In this document: positions 50,303 through 59,755 of the stretch, piece by piece
How the letters are laid out: each line of letters opens with the position of its first letter
Position numbering within the stretch: the first letter of the stretch is position 1
Source: Nitrospirota bacterium
Lineage (GTDB): Bacteria > Nitrospirota > Nitrospiria > Nitrospirales > Nitrospiraceae
Length of the DNA stretch: 64,000 nucleotides
Assembly (NCBI GenBank): GCA_963701855.1
Contig: CAVPBK010000006.1
Coordinates: 832,001-896,000 of the forward strand
Reading direction: 5' to 3'
Notes under the pieces: generated by a model
The model's database searches: none
What the model saw: only the letters and a program-made list of their open reading frames with translations
What the model was told of the DNA's origin: nothing
Made by a program: the position numbers and the translations under genes

Positions 50303-51082
50303 TCACTCGACCGACGCGAGCGACCCCAGGATATGATATCCTCCATCCACGTAGATCACCTCGCCGGTAATTCCACGTCCTAGCGGGCTGACCAAAAATA
50401 ATGCCGTGTCGCCGACTTCGCCTTGCTCCGTTGCGCGCCGGAGCGGTGCGAACTCTCGGTGGTGATCCACCATCTTGCTGATGCCGGAGACGCCACGGGC
50501 GGCGAGGGTTTTGATGGGGCCGGCAGAGATGGCATTCACCCGGATGTTTTTTGGGCCGAGGTCGTAAGCCAGATAACGGACGGTTGCTTCGAGCGCTGCC
50601 TTGGCAACCCCCATGACGTTGTAGTGAGGCACGACCCGCTCCGCTCCGAGGTAGGTCAGCGTGACGACGGAGCCGCCGTCGGTCATCAACGGCAGGGCCG
50701 CTTTCGTCACGGCAACGAGCGAATAGGCGCTGACATCCAAGGCCATCGCGAAACCCTGGCGGGAGGTATTGACGAACTGGCCTGTGAGTTCTTCGCGCGG
50801 CGCGAAAGCCACCGAATGAACCAGAAAGTCGAGCGTGCCGACTTCTTTTTGTACGTTTTGCATCAGGGCGGCAATCTGGGCGTCGTCTCCGACATCGCAT
50901 GGAAAGGATTTCGCACCAGACATGGTGGCAACAAGCTCCTCAACGTTTTCTCTTAATCGCTCGTTCTGATAGTTGAAGATAAGTTGTGCCCCTTGGCTTG
51001 CTGCTGATTGCGCAATGGCCCAGGCGATGCTGTGTTTATTCGCTACGCCGATGATGAGCCCCTTTTTACCGTCAAGCAACAT
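50303..51082 (-). CDS. fabI: Enoyl-ACP reductase
   Basis: GVANKHSIAW, YNVMGVAKAALE, ISAGPIKTLA. Confidence 0.95.
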   Translation of the reverse strand: MLLDGKKGLIIGVANKHSIAWAIAQSAASQGAQLIFNYQNERLRENVEELVATMSGAKSFPCDVGDDAQIAALMQNVQKEVGTLDFLVHSVAFAPREELTGQFVNTSRQGFAMALDVSAYSLVAVTKAALPLMTDGGSVVTLTYLGAERVVPHYNVMGVAKAALEATVRYLAYDLGPKNIRVNAISAGPIKTLAARGVSGISKMVDHHREFAPLRRATEQGEVGDTALFLVSPLGRGITGEVIYVDGGYHILGSLASVE

Positions 51083-51226
51083 GGTATGCCCCTGGTAGGA
51101 TGGTGAAAAACCTAACCGTGTATCTCATGAAGCGCACAGTAGAAGAAGAGACGAGTACGCACCCTGCTTGGGGGCTGAAGATAGCATGGTTTAATACCTG
51201 GCGCCAGGAGGACAGTGGGAGAGAGA

Positions 51227-51868
51227 CTAATTTGCTTTGGTGGCGTTGGTCCGGAGCTGAGCCAATACTTTTGCCGCTTCAGGCGCGAAATCATCAAAAC
51301 GTTGGGCTTGAGCGATATCCAACGCTTCGGAGGCGAGGGAGAGGGCCTCACTGTGGCGACCATCGGCACAATAGCTCTTGGCCAGGCTGAGCCTAGCATT
51401 AACCGACTGCGGTGATTTCAGAAGTACATACCGGAGTAGTTTCTCGCCCTTTTCTCTGTCCCCACCAAGCAGGGAAGGAAGTCTGAGAAGGAAAGTCCCT
51501 TTAGCCGACATGGCGTCAAGATGATCAGGGGCGAGTTCCAGTGTCCGGTCAAGCTCTTTCGTCACGCGGCGGAAGCTCAGCATCGATGTGATGTTCAATT
51601 CCCCATCGACCCTCATTAATTCGCCCAAATTACAAAACAGGGCGAAGTGGGCATCGGCAGATCGATCGTCCAAAGCCACCGCCTGCTCTCCCAGGGCCTG
51701 GCCTTTCTCAAAATGGCCGACTCGGCTGGCTCGGTCTTGAGCGACACGGCCCTCGTAGCACTCCGTCATCGCTCTATTGGTCAATACCTGAGATGATTGC
51801 TGGGCCAAGAGGGCATTGGGGGCTGCCAGGGCCAAGCAGCCAAACAGAGCAAGGAGTGTATACTTCAT
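51227..51868 (-). CDS. Secreted TPR-like protein
   Basis: Signal peptide and helical repeats. Confidence 0.75.
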   Translation of the reverse strand: MKYTLLALFGCLALAAPNALLAQQSSQVLTNRAMTECYEGRVAQDRASRVGHFEKGQALGEQAVALDDRSADAHFALFCNLGELMRVDGELNITSMLSFRRVTKELDRTLELAPDHLDAMSAKGTFLLRLPSLLGGDREKGEKLLRYVLLKSPQSVNARLSLAKSYCADGRHSEALSLASEALDIAQAQRFDDFAPEAAKVLAQLRTNATKAN

Positions 51869-51980
51869 CTTTCTCTACCAGTTAAAGGGGAACCTACAAG
51901 CGGAACCTGCGAGATTCAGCGCTCCATATACCAAATGCCAGTTCACAGTGGCGGGTATATCATAGCTTGTGAGAAATTTG

Positions 51981-52592
51981 CTACAGCTGGCTCTGGGAGC
52001 CTGCCGAGATCACTCCCTTCCTCGCACCCTGAACAGGCTTGTTTGTCGCATTGCGCAGGGCGCGGAACGCCCTGAGCATGGTTCGATATGAATAATGGGC
52101 ATTCCGACCGCTGGGATTTGGCAAGACAAAGACAGGGCAGCCAGCCAAGGTCTCGGCCTGCAGCCCAAGACTGACCTGTCCGGTCCGGTATTCTAGGAAT
52201 AACGCACGATAGATCGTGACTCCAAGCAGGGCAACTGTGTGAGGGTAATAGTGTTTTACTGTGGCGATGAGCCTCTTCCTGCCAGCTATATATTCTCGCG
52301 GCTTGAGCACATCGATCCCTACACTGGGCCGTTGGATGATGTTTGTCAGGCCAAGCCCCCAATCCGGAAGACGCCAATCGTCTTGGTGCGTAAATAGCTC
52401 TGGCGTGAGCTTCGACTCAAACAAGAGTCTCCAGAAACGGTTCGAGTACCCGGCAAAATGATGTCCAGTAGCAGCTGAACGAAGGCCCGGATTGATGCCG
52501 ACAAAGAGGATACGGGCTCCTGGCCTAATGTGATCAGTGAGCCATTGGCGAGAGAGAGTCCCTTGTGATGGCCGTATAACGGTTCTCCTCAT
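51981..52592 (-). CDS. mug: G/U mismatch-specific DNA glycosylase
   Basis: FVGINPG, GHHFA..SNRFW, LPNPSG; start uncertain. Confidence 0.9.
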   Translation of the reverse strand: MRRTVIRPSQGTLSRQWLTDHIRPGARILFVGINPGLRSAATGHHFAGYSNRFWRLLFESKLTPELFTHQDDWRLPDWGLGLTNIIQRPSVGIDVLKPREYIAGRKRLIATVKHYYPHTVALLGVTIYRALFLEYRTGQVSLGLQAETLAGCPVFVLPNPSGRNAHYSYRTMLRAFRALRNATNKPVQGARKGVISAGSQSQL

Positions 52593-52742
52593 CGATTTTT
52601 CCAAGTTGAGTGCCTGACCTGTCATACCCCGTCTCAACTGGGATATGCCATCCCGGCGTTGAGGCGATTTGGCCAACCTTCAGCAATTTCGCCACAGAAA
52701 AACAAAGGTCAAATCATTGGGGTCTGACCCGAGAAACATGTG

Positions 52743-52800
52743 TAACATATTGATAAATATAATGATACATAGACGCAAACAATACGGCATCAAGCTTGCT
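52743..52800 (+). promoter_or_regulatory. Sigma54 (-24/-12) promoter with an upstream IHF site
   Basis: CGGCATCAAGCTTGCT (GG-N10-GC) at 52785-52800; TAACATATTGATA at 52743-52755 matches the reverse complement of WATCAANNNNTTR. Confidence 0.7.
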
Positions 52801-52864
52801 GTTTACTCTCGGCAAGTGCCGATGAATGGCACAGACTTCAAACATTAACGGAGGGTGATTTATT

Positions 52865-53068
52865 ATGAAGAGCATGTTGATGGCAATCATGGCAGTGGCA
52901 GTGGCAGTGACGTTCAGCGCTCCTTCTTTCGCAGAAGAGAAGAAGAAGGAAGAGAAGAAGGGCGGCCACGTCGTGTCCGCCGAAGAGAAGAAGAAAGACG
53001 AGAAGGGCGGCAAGTACACCGATACGTTCGGCGAAGAGAAGAAGAAAGACGAGAAGGGCGGCAAGTAA
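52865..53068 (+). CDS. Small secreted Lys/Glu-rich repeat peptide
   Basis: GGAGG RBS, signal peptide ending SFA, three EEKKK(D/E)EK(K)GG units. Confidence 0.8.
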   Translation: MKSMLMAIMAVAVAVTFSAPSFAEEKKKEEKKGGHVVSAEEKKKDEKGGKYTDTFGEEKKKDEKGGK

Positions 53069-53100
53069 TCGCCTTTTCTTTTGCGAGGCTAGCTGGCTTA

Positions 53101-53131
53101 AGGGGTCTCCCGCCTAAAGTGGGAGACCCCT
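53101..53131. terminator. Hairpin between the convergent peptide and NUDIX genes
   Basis: AGGGGTCTCCC-9 nt-GGGAGACCCCT. Confidence 0.7.
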
Positions 53132-53143
53132 GGTGCATTCTTC

Positions 53144-53659
53144 TTATCTGGTGCTGCTCCAAAGATAGACTGCTTGTAGTCCCACGATCGACTTTGCATC
53201 CTTGATCGCCCCGGTCTCAATCATTCTGATCGCTTCCAGTAGAGGCATCTCAATCACCTCGAGGACCTCATCACGGTCGAGCTGTTGCTTCCCCGTCGTC
53301 AACCCAGTCGCCTTGTAGATGTGGATGACTTCGTCGGTGAACCCCGGCGCGGTGAAAATACTGGAGAGGAGCTCGAGCCTGCCGGCTTGGTATCCGACTT
53401 CTTCTTCAAGTTCTCGTGCCGCGCAGACTCTGGGATCCTCGCCAGGATGAAGTTTCCCCGCAGGGATTTCGTAGATGAACCCCCCTGCCGCATGGCGGAA
53501 CTGCCTGATCAAGATGACCGTGCCATCGTCTTTCAGTGGAACCACCGCAGCCGCTCCGGGATGGCGCACGACTTCCAGGTCGACCGTGAGGCCATTGGGC
53601 AGCATGACGGTGTCGACATTTAAGTTCACAACAATGCCTGTGTAAATGTTCTTGGTCAT
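53144..53659 (-). CDS. NUDIX hydrolase (ADP-ribose pyrophosphatase-like)
   Basis: EIPAGK...AARELEEEVG, APGFTDE. Confidence 0.92.
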   Translation of the reverse strand: MTKNIYTGIVVNLNVDTVMLPNGLTVDLEVVRHPGAAAVVPLKDDGTVILIRQFRHAAGGFIYEIPAGKLHPGEDPRVCAARELEEEVGYQAGRLELLSSIFTAPGFTDEVIHIYKATGLTTGKQQLDRDEVLEVIEMPLLEAIRMIETGAIKDAKSIVGLQAVYLWSSTR

Positions 53660-53745
53660 GGGTGCAGATAGCTAATGGCCAATGGCTTATAGCACGAGAG
53701 AGAAAGGACATAACCCCTGGTCATGCTTGTGCCATGAGCCATACG

Positions 53746-54858
53746 CTATAGGCTCTCCGCCTTTGGCTTCTTATAGAACGGGGCTTTGACGATCTGTGCG
53801 GGAACGCTTTTGCTACGGATTTCGATCAGGATGGAGGTGCCGGGCTCCGCAAAGCGCGCAGGCACATAGCCCAACCCGATACCTTTTTGTAGGAGCGGCG
53901 AGAGATTGCCGCTGGTGACTTCGCCGATGGGTTGGGATGTCGTGGGATCGAAGATTCTGAATCCGTGGCGAGGCACGGCTTTCTCCATGAGTTCGAAAGC
54001 GACGAATCGACGAGCGACTCCGACCTGTTTCTGTGCCCGAAGCGCCTGGCTGCCGATGAATTCGCCTTTCTGAAAGTTGACAGTCCAGTCTGCATTGGCT
54101 TCGAGTGGCGTCGTGTCTTCGCCCATGTCGTTGCCATAGAGCAGATAGCCCATCTCCAACCGAAGGAGATCTCTCGCGCCGAGCCCCGCCGGCTTGAGTC
54201 CCCAGGCCTGGCCCTTGTCAATAAGCAGATCCCAGAGTCGCCCGATCTTATCTGCGTCGATGTAAATCTCATAACCCAGTTCACCGGTGTAGCCGGTTCT
54301 GGCCAGCAAGCAGGATAGGCCGCCGATCGTAGCATCACAGGTGTGATGGAGCTTGAGCCCTTCAAGCGCCGTCCCGCCTAGACTCATGAGCAACTCGCGA
54401 GATTTGGGACCTTGAGCGGCAATCTGGGACAATTCGACTGACTGGTCTTCAAGGCGAACCGTCTTGTCTTGGGCAAGTTGGGATTGCAGCCACGACAGGA
54501 TCTTCTCGCGGTTTGAGGCATTCACGCACAAGAGGAACTCGTCAGGGCCAAGCCGATAGACGAAGATGTCGTCTTTGATGCCGCCGTTCTCGTTGCAGAC
54601 CATGGAATACTGGGCTTGAGAAACGGAGATTTTGCCGACGTCGTTGGTGGTGACTCGCTGGAGGAAGGAGAGAGCACCGGCTCCGGCGATCCGCACCCGT
54701 CCCATATGGCTCACGTCGAAGAGCCCGACATGGGAACGGACAGTATGGTACTCGTCCACGACACCGCTGTATTGGATGGGCATCTCCCAGCCCGCGAAAT
54801 CGACAAGTTTGGCGCCGCTTGCGCGATGTTGCTGGATGAGAGGAGTCTGCCGCATCAT
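53746..54858 (-). CDS. gcvT: Glycine cleavage system aminomethyltransferase
   Basis: FAGWEMP, LFDVSHMG, RTGYTGELG, GLGARDLLRLE. Confidence 0.96.
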   Translation of the reverse strand: MMRQTPLIQQHRASGAKLVDFAGWEMPIQYSGVVDEYHTVRSHVGLFDVSHMGRVRIAGAGALSFLQRVTTNDVGKISVSQAQYSMVCNENGGIKDDIFVYRLGPDEFLLCVNASNREKILSWLQSQLAQDKTVRLEDQSVELSQIAAQGPKSRELLMSLGGTALEGLKLHHTCDATIGGLSCLLARTGYTGELGYEIYIDADKIGRLWDLLIDKGQAWGLKPAGLGARDLLRLEMGYLLYGNDMGEDTTPLEANADWTVNFQKGEFIGSQALRAQKQVGVARRFVAFELMEKAVPRHGFRIFDPTTSQPIGEVTSGNLSPLLQKGIGLGYVPARFAEPGTSILIEIRSKSVPAQIVKAPFYKKPKAESL

Positions 54859-54886
54859 GGCCGTGCTGGCGTACGTGTCGGCTCAA

Positions 54887-55258
54887 TCATCGGACACCGA
54901 GCAACTCAACATCGAAAATCAAGGTGGCATTCGGTGGGATGACGCCACCAGCACCCTGTGCGCCATAACCAAGCTTGGAAGGAATGGTCAGCTTGCGTTT
55001 CCCTCCCACTTTCATGCCCTTGACGCCCTCGTCCCATCCCTTGATAACTCGTCCAGCGCCAAGTGGAAAAGAGAACGGCTGGCCCCGGTCTACGGAACTG
55101 TCAAATTTCTTCCCATTTTCTAGCCAGCCTGTGTAATGCACGCTGACGGTCTGTCCCGCCTCTGCTGTTGCTCCGGTTCCAATTGTGAGTTCGACATACT
55201 GCAGCCCAGATGATGTCGTGACTTCATTCCCTTGGGCACCTGCTTCCTGAAACGGCAT
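54887..55258 (-). CDS. FKBP-type peptidyl-prolyl isomerase
   Basis: VHYTG, FDSS, VIKGWDEG, IPPNATLIFDVEL. Confidence 0.95.
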   Translation of the reverse strand: MPFQEAGAQGNEVTTSSGLQYVELTIGTGATAEAGQTVSVHYTGWLENGKKFDSSVDRGQPFSFPLGAGRVIKGWDEGVKGMKVGGKRKLTIPSKLGYGAQGAGGVIPPNATLIFDVELLGVR

Positions 55259-55397
55259 ATCTGCTCCTTTCCTGATCGTCGGTCATCCAACCACGATGAT
55301 GGACGACAACAGAGTAAAGTAATTATTGTGCATGGGAACGCTTGCCAGCGTCTGAGCCTGCGATCCTGTTCGAGACTCCGTGAATGAAGGTGGGGCC

Positions 55398-56600
55398 TCA
55401 CTCATGTTCCCTGAAGGAGTCAGGCTCGGAGAAAATGACCACACTTGCCGTGTAACCGTGCAGAAAATTGCGCCCTCCGACCGGACCGATCTCGCCTTGG
55501 GCAAAAAACCCCGCGGTCGGAATGGAGCCGAGCCGCTCTTGCACGGCCCCGCTATCGTGATGGGGGTGGCCAAAAAGTCCTTCTCCACGCCCGCAACAGC
55601 TGAACAGGAGAGCTCCCAGTGGGGGGGAGCTATGCTTCGCTCGATCCGCAGCCAGGCAAACGTGCAAGTCATCGCTTGCGGACTTCGCATCGCGAAGGTG
55701 GAACTGTACGGTCTGGCCTTCCTGAACAACGTCTCCTATCGCAACGGCTCCGGCCTGTTGATCCGCTCCAATGAGGTTTCGAACGAGGAAGTCGCCCCGC
55801 TCGAAATGACTACCGTGTTCATCGATCACGATGCCCAGATGCAATGCGCGGTGTGCATCGCGGCGCTGGGTGCCCCCCAGAGATTCGAAGACGTCCTGAA
55901 GCCGTTTCAAGGCCGAGACGCCGCCAAGCTCATAGATCAGGTTTTGCTCCGCTCTCGTCACGACGAACCGCTCGCCGATCGGACGACAGCCTTGTGAGGT
56001 CACGGTTCGCACGGCGATTGGCCCAGTGAATTGCACTCCCACCACGCCTCCGTCGAAGGTCTGATCATTGAGGAGCAGTCGATTTTCTCCAGAATCCTGG
56101 CCTCCGCCGGCAAGGCCCCCGCCAACTTTGGCATGAGGGTATCGGTCGTTCATGAGGGACAAGACTTCCTGCATTGGCGTGGAAAATGGATCGGCGAGAA
56201 AGAGAAAGGTCGAATCCTCGAGTCCAGGATCCGGCCACCCGGGCATGCGGATCTGGTCCTGTAACTGAGACACAGAAAGCTGCAGCGGAGTCAGTTTGAC
56301 ATTAGGGAGGCATGCGACCCAGACGGTCAGGGCGGCTGCGGTTTCAATCTCTTCGGAACCGGCGATGACACCTTCACCGGAACAGCCCAGACAGACCTTC
56401 GCCCGCAATTCTCTCTGCAGCATGCCGGAAATCATGGAGGTGTTGGTCGCGTGGTGGGCGGAAAAGAAAACGAAGGCCAGATCGATGGGAGCCGTGCCGA
56501 TTTGCATCAAGATGGCATCTGCGAGATCGCGGATGGCAGCTTCAGTATCGGTCTTGCGCGAAAGTGCGGTTGCGAATTGAAGCGTGGCCGGAGTGGTCAT
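55398..56600 (-). CDS. FIST N/C-domain sensory protein
   Basis: GCSGEGVI, GGLAGG, SQGCRPIG, FSCCGRG, GFFAQGEIGP. Confidence 0.88.
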   Translation of the reverse strand: MTTPATLQFATALSRKTDTEAAIRDLADAILMQIGTAPIDLAFVFFSAHHATNTSMISGMLQRELRAKVCLGCSGEGVIAGSEEIETAAALTVWVACLPNVKLTPLQLSVSQLQDQIRMPGWPDPGLEDSTFLFLADPFSTPMQEVLSLMNDRYPHAKVGGGLAGGGQDSGENRLLLNDQTFDGGVVGVQFTGPIAVRTVTSQGCRPIGERFVVTRAEQNLIYELGGVSALKRLQDVFESLGGTQRRDAHRALHLGIVIDEHGSHFERGDFLVRNLIGADQQAGAVAIGDVVQEGQTVQFHLRDAKSASDDLHVCLAADRAKHSSPPLGALLFSCCGRGEGLFGHPHHDSGAVQERLGSIPTAGFFAQGEIGPVGGRNFLHGYTASVVIFSEPDSFREHE

Positions 56601-56655
56601 GCTTTTTGAATTAGCCATTATGGTACGAATATATTTCCCCACGGTTGCCGACAGA

Positions 56656-56835
56656 TTAGCAGGATACTCAAAAAGGCCGACTGCGTCGTTCCTGAATTGT
56701 GAGCGAGACGCGCACGGCGTGCGCGACAGGCGCGACTCGCGAAGATAAAATTTCAGACCCGTCATGCGCGAATGACGAAATACGCTTCATGGGTTTCGAG
56801 CACACTGCTGGCGGACTTTTCCAGCATCCTGCTAG
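56656..56835. repeat. MITE/REP-like repeat, copy D
   Basis: TAGCAGGATACTCAAAAAG...CTTTTCCAGCATCCTGCTAG. Confidence 0.78.
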
Positions 56836-57059
56836 ACCCCTGGGTCCATCCGTTCTGGGCGGTCCTTAGCCAGCTTCTTATAATAGCGCCACAAATAGGA
56901 ATGGTAGTCGTCGAGTTGGGCCAGGAGATAGTGCAGTTCTGCAGGATCTTCTGTCTCCACGGCACGGACCATACGGGTTTGCAAAAACTCGGCGAACGCA
57001 TTTGTTTTTCCTAGGGCAGTTATGAGACTCAGACTACCACCGAGTTGGTACTCGTTCAT
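56832..57059 (-). CDS. Small hypothetical protein
   Basis: GGAGG RBS before MNEYQLGG; stop TAG abuts repeat D. Confidence 0.7.
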   Translation of the reverse strand: MNEYQLGGSLSLITALGKTNAFAEFLQTRMVRAVETEDPAELHYLLAQLDDYHSYLWRYYKKLAKDRPERMDPGV

Positions 57060-57162
57060 GCTTATCCTCCAGATACAAGAGAGTCGCGAGAGGATAGCGA
57101 GGCTAGAGAGTGAAATGCAAGTGAGAGAATCTTCCAGCCTCGGGGCAATATATTTTTCGCAG

Positions 57163-58368
57163 TTACTTAGCCTGACGATCAAGTATGGCACGGAGCCTAG
57201 CAAGGGAAATAGCCTCGACGCGGTGGTCGTCGCGCCCCACCACCGTCGTCGCCATGGTCAGTGCGTTGAGAATGGCTTCTTCTGTGGCTTCGACCGTCGC
57301 CGTGATCAATGGGTTCAAATGTGTGTCAGCGAGGTGCGTCTGCTGAAACGTCGGCTCTTTGGGGTAGTGAGGGACGATGTTCGCGGTGGAGAAAGCCAGC
57401 ATGAAATCTCCACTTCCGTGTCGCGCGGTGGAGCCTGTGCGCGCTAGTCCAAGTGCGGCACGTTTCGCAAGCCGAGTGAGCTGCCGACTATCGAGGGGAG
57501 CATCGGTGGCAATGACGATGATGATCGAGCCTTCACTTTGCCCGGGCGCAGGAGCCTGCGCGACGGGAGGCACGGTCTCATAGAGTCGTCCGACCTGGAC
57601 ACCGCCCACGAGGAGCTCAGACCGTCGCCCATGGTTCGCATTGACGAGCACACCGGTCGTATAACCACCCTCAGTCTCTGGTAATCGCCGTGACGAGGTC
57701 CCGATGCCCCCCTTGAATCCATAGGACACCATGCCTGTTCCGGCACCGACAGATCCTTCTTGCACAACTCCGGAGGAGGCGCCGTTGAGCGCGCTCATCA
57801 CATCCAATTCCGAGATATGCCGCCCTTGGATGTCATTAAGTCGCCCATCGTCGCATTCGGCGACCACTGGTGTCAGGGTATCGTCGGTAATGCCGATCTC
57901 CGGATAACGCGCGATCATCCAGCTCATGACCCCGTTGGCCACTCGCGGCACATTCAACGTATTGGTGAGAGCGATCGGATATTCGAGAAAGCCCGATTCA
58001 CTGATCCAGGCAAGGCCGGTCATCTCACCAGTCCCATTGAGGACGAACGACCCAGCAGGCACTTTCTTGTGCCACACGTTATCGCGAGGGACCACGACCG
58101 TCACGCCGGTTCGTATTGGGCCGAGCCCGGGCTTGAGAGGCCCGTCACCATAGATGAGGGTGGTTTGGCCCACAGTGACGCCAGCCACGTCGGTGATCGC
58201 GTTGAGCGGTCCCGGGGCATAGGAGCCGACGACGATGCCAAGCGCACGAGCTCGCACCCGAGGTTCTTCCGGCTCACCGGCTTGGGCAGAAAAAGACGCG
58301 ACTAAACAAATCCCCATGGCCAGTATCAGCAGTGGAATTGTCGGGCGGGCGATGCCGTTAGACTTCAT
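57163..58368 (-). CDS. DmpA/P1-family (S58) aminopeptidase
   Basis: NAITDVAGV.VG, VGAGTGM, KGGIGTSSR, GS autocleavage site, GSGD. Confidence 0.9.
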   Translation of the reverse strand: MKSNGIARPTIPLLILAMGICLVASFSAQAGEPEEPRVRARALGIVVGSYAPGPLNAITDVAGVTVGQTTLIYGDGPLKPGLGPIRTGVTVVVPRDNVWHKKVPAGSFVLNGTGEMTGLAWISESGFLEYPIALTNTLNVPRVANGVMSWMIARYPEIGITDDTLTPVVAECDDGRLNDIQGRHISELDVMSALNGASSGVVQEGSVGAGTGMVSYGFKGGIGTSSRRLPETEGGYTTGVLVNANHGRRSELLVGGVQVGRLYETVPPVAQAPAPGQSEGSIIIVIATDAPLDSRQLTRLAKRAALGLARTGSTARHGSGDFMLAFSTANIVPHYPKEPTFQQTHLADTHLNPLITATVEATEEAILNALTMATTVVGRDDHRVEAISLARLRAILDRQAK

Positions 58369-59755
58369 GGCTCGATCCGACATGGGGGACAGTGACCTCA
58401 ATCTGGGAATGTTCCGCCTGAATGGCAGCGGCCAGCGAAAGCGCCTGCTTTTCTTCACCATGTACTAGAAAAATCTTAGCGGGAGCCGGGTTGATTGCCC
58501 GCACGTAGGCCAGGAGGTCCTGGCGATCCGCATGGGCCGAGAGCCCGTTGAACTTGACGACCTGGGCCCGGCGCGGAATGGGTACGCCGAAGATCGGGAC
58601 GACATCCCACCCTTCGACGAGTTTGCGCCCGAGGGTATGTTCGGCTTGAAAACCCACAAAGACGATCACGTTCGCTTCGTCCTGAATCGCGTGCTTGAGA
58701 TGGTGCACGACGCGGCCGCCTTCGCACATGCCGGAGGCGGAGATGATGACGCAGGGGCCCTTCATACTGTTCAATCGCTTGCTGTCTTCCGGCGATGAGA
58801 CAAAATGTATATAGCGGGAGGCGAAGAGGTCGCCGGAAGAGGTGAAAGTTTTGATGGTTTCCTCATCGTAGCATTCCGGGTGACGTCGAAATACTTCCGT
58901 AGCCCGTGAGGCCAGTGGGGAATCGATATAAATCGGGATGGGATCGAGGCGGCCCTCGCTGACAAGTTCTTTGATCCGCATAACCAAGTCCTGGGTCCGA
59001 CCAACGGCAAATGCCGGGACGATAATCTTGCTCTTGTAGGTTTTGGCATGAGTGAGGAGGTCCAGTGCCTGTTGTTTCATGACCGCTCGATCAGCCTCGT
59101 GCAGGCGATCACCGTAGGTCGATTCAAGAATCAATACGTCGCATGACTGTGGTGGCTCAGGATCACGAAGAATGGGCATGTTAGAACGGCCAAGATCGCC
59201 GCTGAAGAGCAAAGTGGTCGTATTGCCTCGTGCCGTGTATTTCACCCGAATGGCCGCCGACCCTAAGATATGGCCGGCATCGTGAAAGGATGCCGTGACG
59301 CGCGGGGCAATCTTGAGCAGGTCTCCGTATCGTATGCCCTCGAATCGCCGGACTAGCTTACGGACGTCATCGGTATTGTATAAGGATCGGATACAGGTCT
59401 TTCCCCTCCGACGTTCCTTCTTGTTGACGTAGCTGCAATCACTGGCCTGCACATGAGCCGAATCTTCGAGCATGAGTTCTGTCAAATCGGCGGTAGCTCT
59501 GGTGAGATAGACCTTTCCTGAGAATCCTTGCTTCGGAAGCACCGGTAAGGCGCCGGAATGGTCGACATGGGCATGGGACAGCAAGACGGCTCTAATCGAT
59601 TTTGGATCGAACCCCAAGTCCTGATTCTGACGAAGCGCCTCCTCTCGGCGCCCCTGAAAGATCCCGCAATCCAGCAACATGCTGCAACCGGGTGTTTCGA
59701 CCATGTGGCGACTTCCGGTGACGGATCGCGCCGCGCCGTGGAAGGAGAGCTTCAT
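58358..59755 (-). CDS. Metallo-beta-lactamase/beta-CASP RNA nuclease
   Basis: GAARSVTGS, SHAHVDHSG, AGHILGS, ESTYG, SAHAD, VHGE. Confidence 0.92.
   Translation of the reverse strand: MKLSFHGAARSVTGSRHMVETPGCSMLLDCGIFQGRREEALRQNQDLGFDPKSIRAVLLSHAHVDHSGALPVLPKQGFSGKVYLTRATADLTELMLEDSAHVQASDCSYVNKKERRRGKTCIRSLYNTDDVRKLVRRFEGIRYGDLLKIAPRVTASFHDAGHILGSAAIRVKYTARGNTTTLLFSGDLGRSNMPILRDPEPPQSCDVLILESTYGDRLHEADRAVMKQQALDLLTHAKTYKSKIIVPAFAVGRTQDLVMRIKELVSEGRLDPIPIYIDSPLASRATEVFRRHPECYDEETIKTFTSSGDLFASRYIHFVSSPEDSKRLNSMKGPCVIISASGMCEGGRVVHHLKHAIQDEANVIVFVGFQAEHTLGRKLVEGWDVVPIFGVPIPRRAQVVKFNGLSAHADRQDLLAYVRAINPAPAKIFLVHGEEKQALSLAAAIQAEHSQIEVTVPHVGSSHEV

Noticed and set aside
52930..53068. GAAGAGAAGAAGAAAGACGAGAAGGGCGGCAAGTA repeats as a mini-CRISPR
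   Set aside because: Coding repeats, spacers too short, not palindromic
55380..55997. Long antisense ORFs such as 55380-55997, 10175-10936 and 18418-19212
   Set aside because: Shadows of GC-rich genes on the opposite strand
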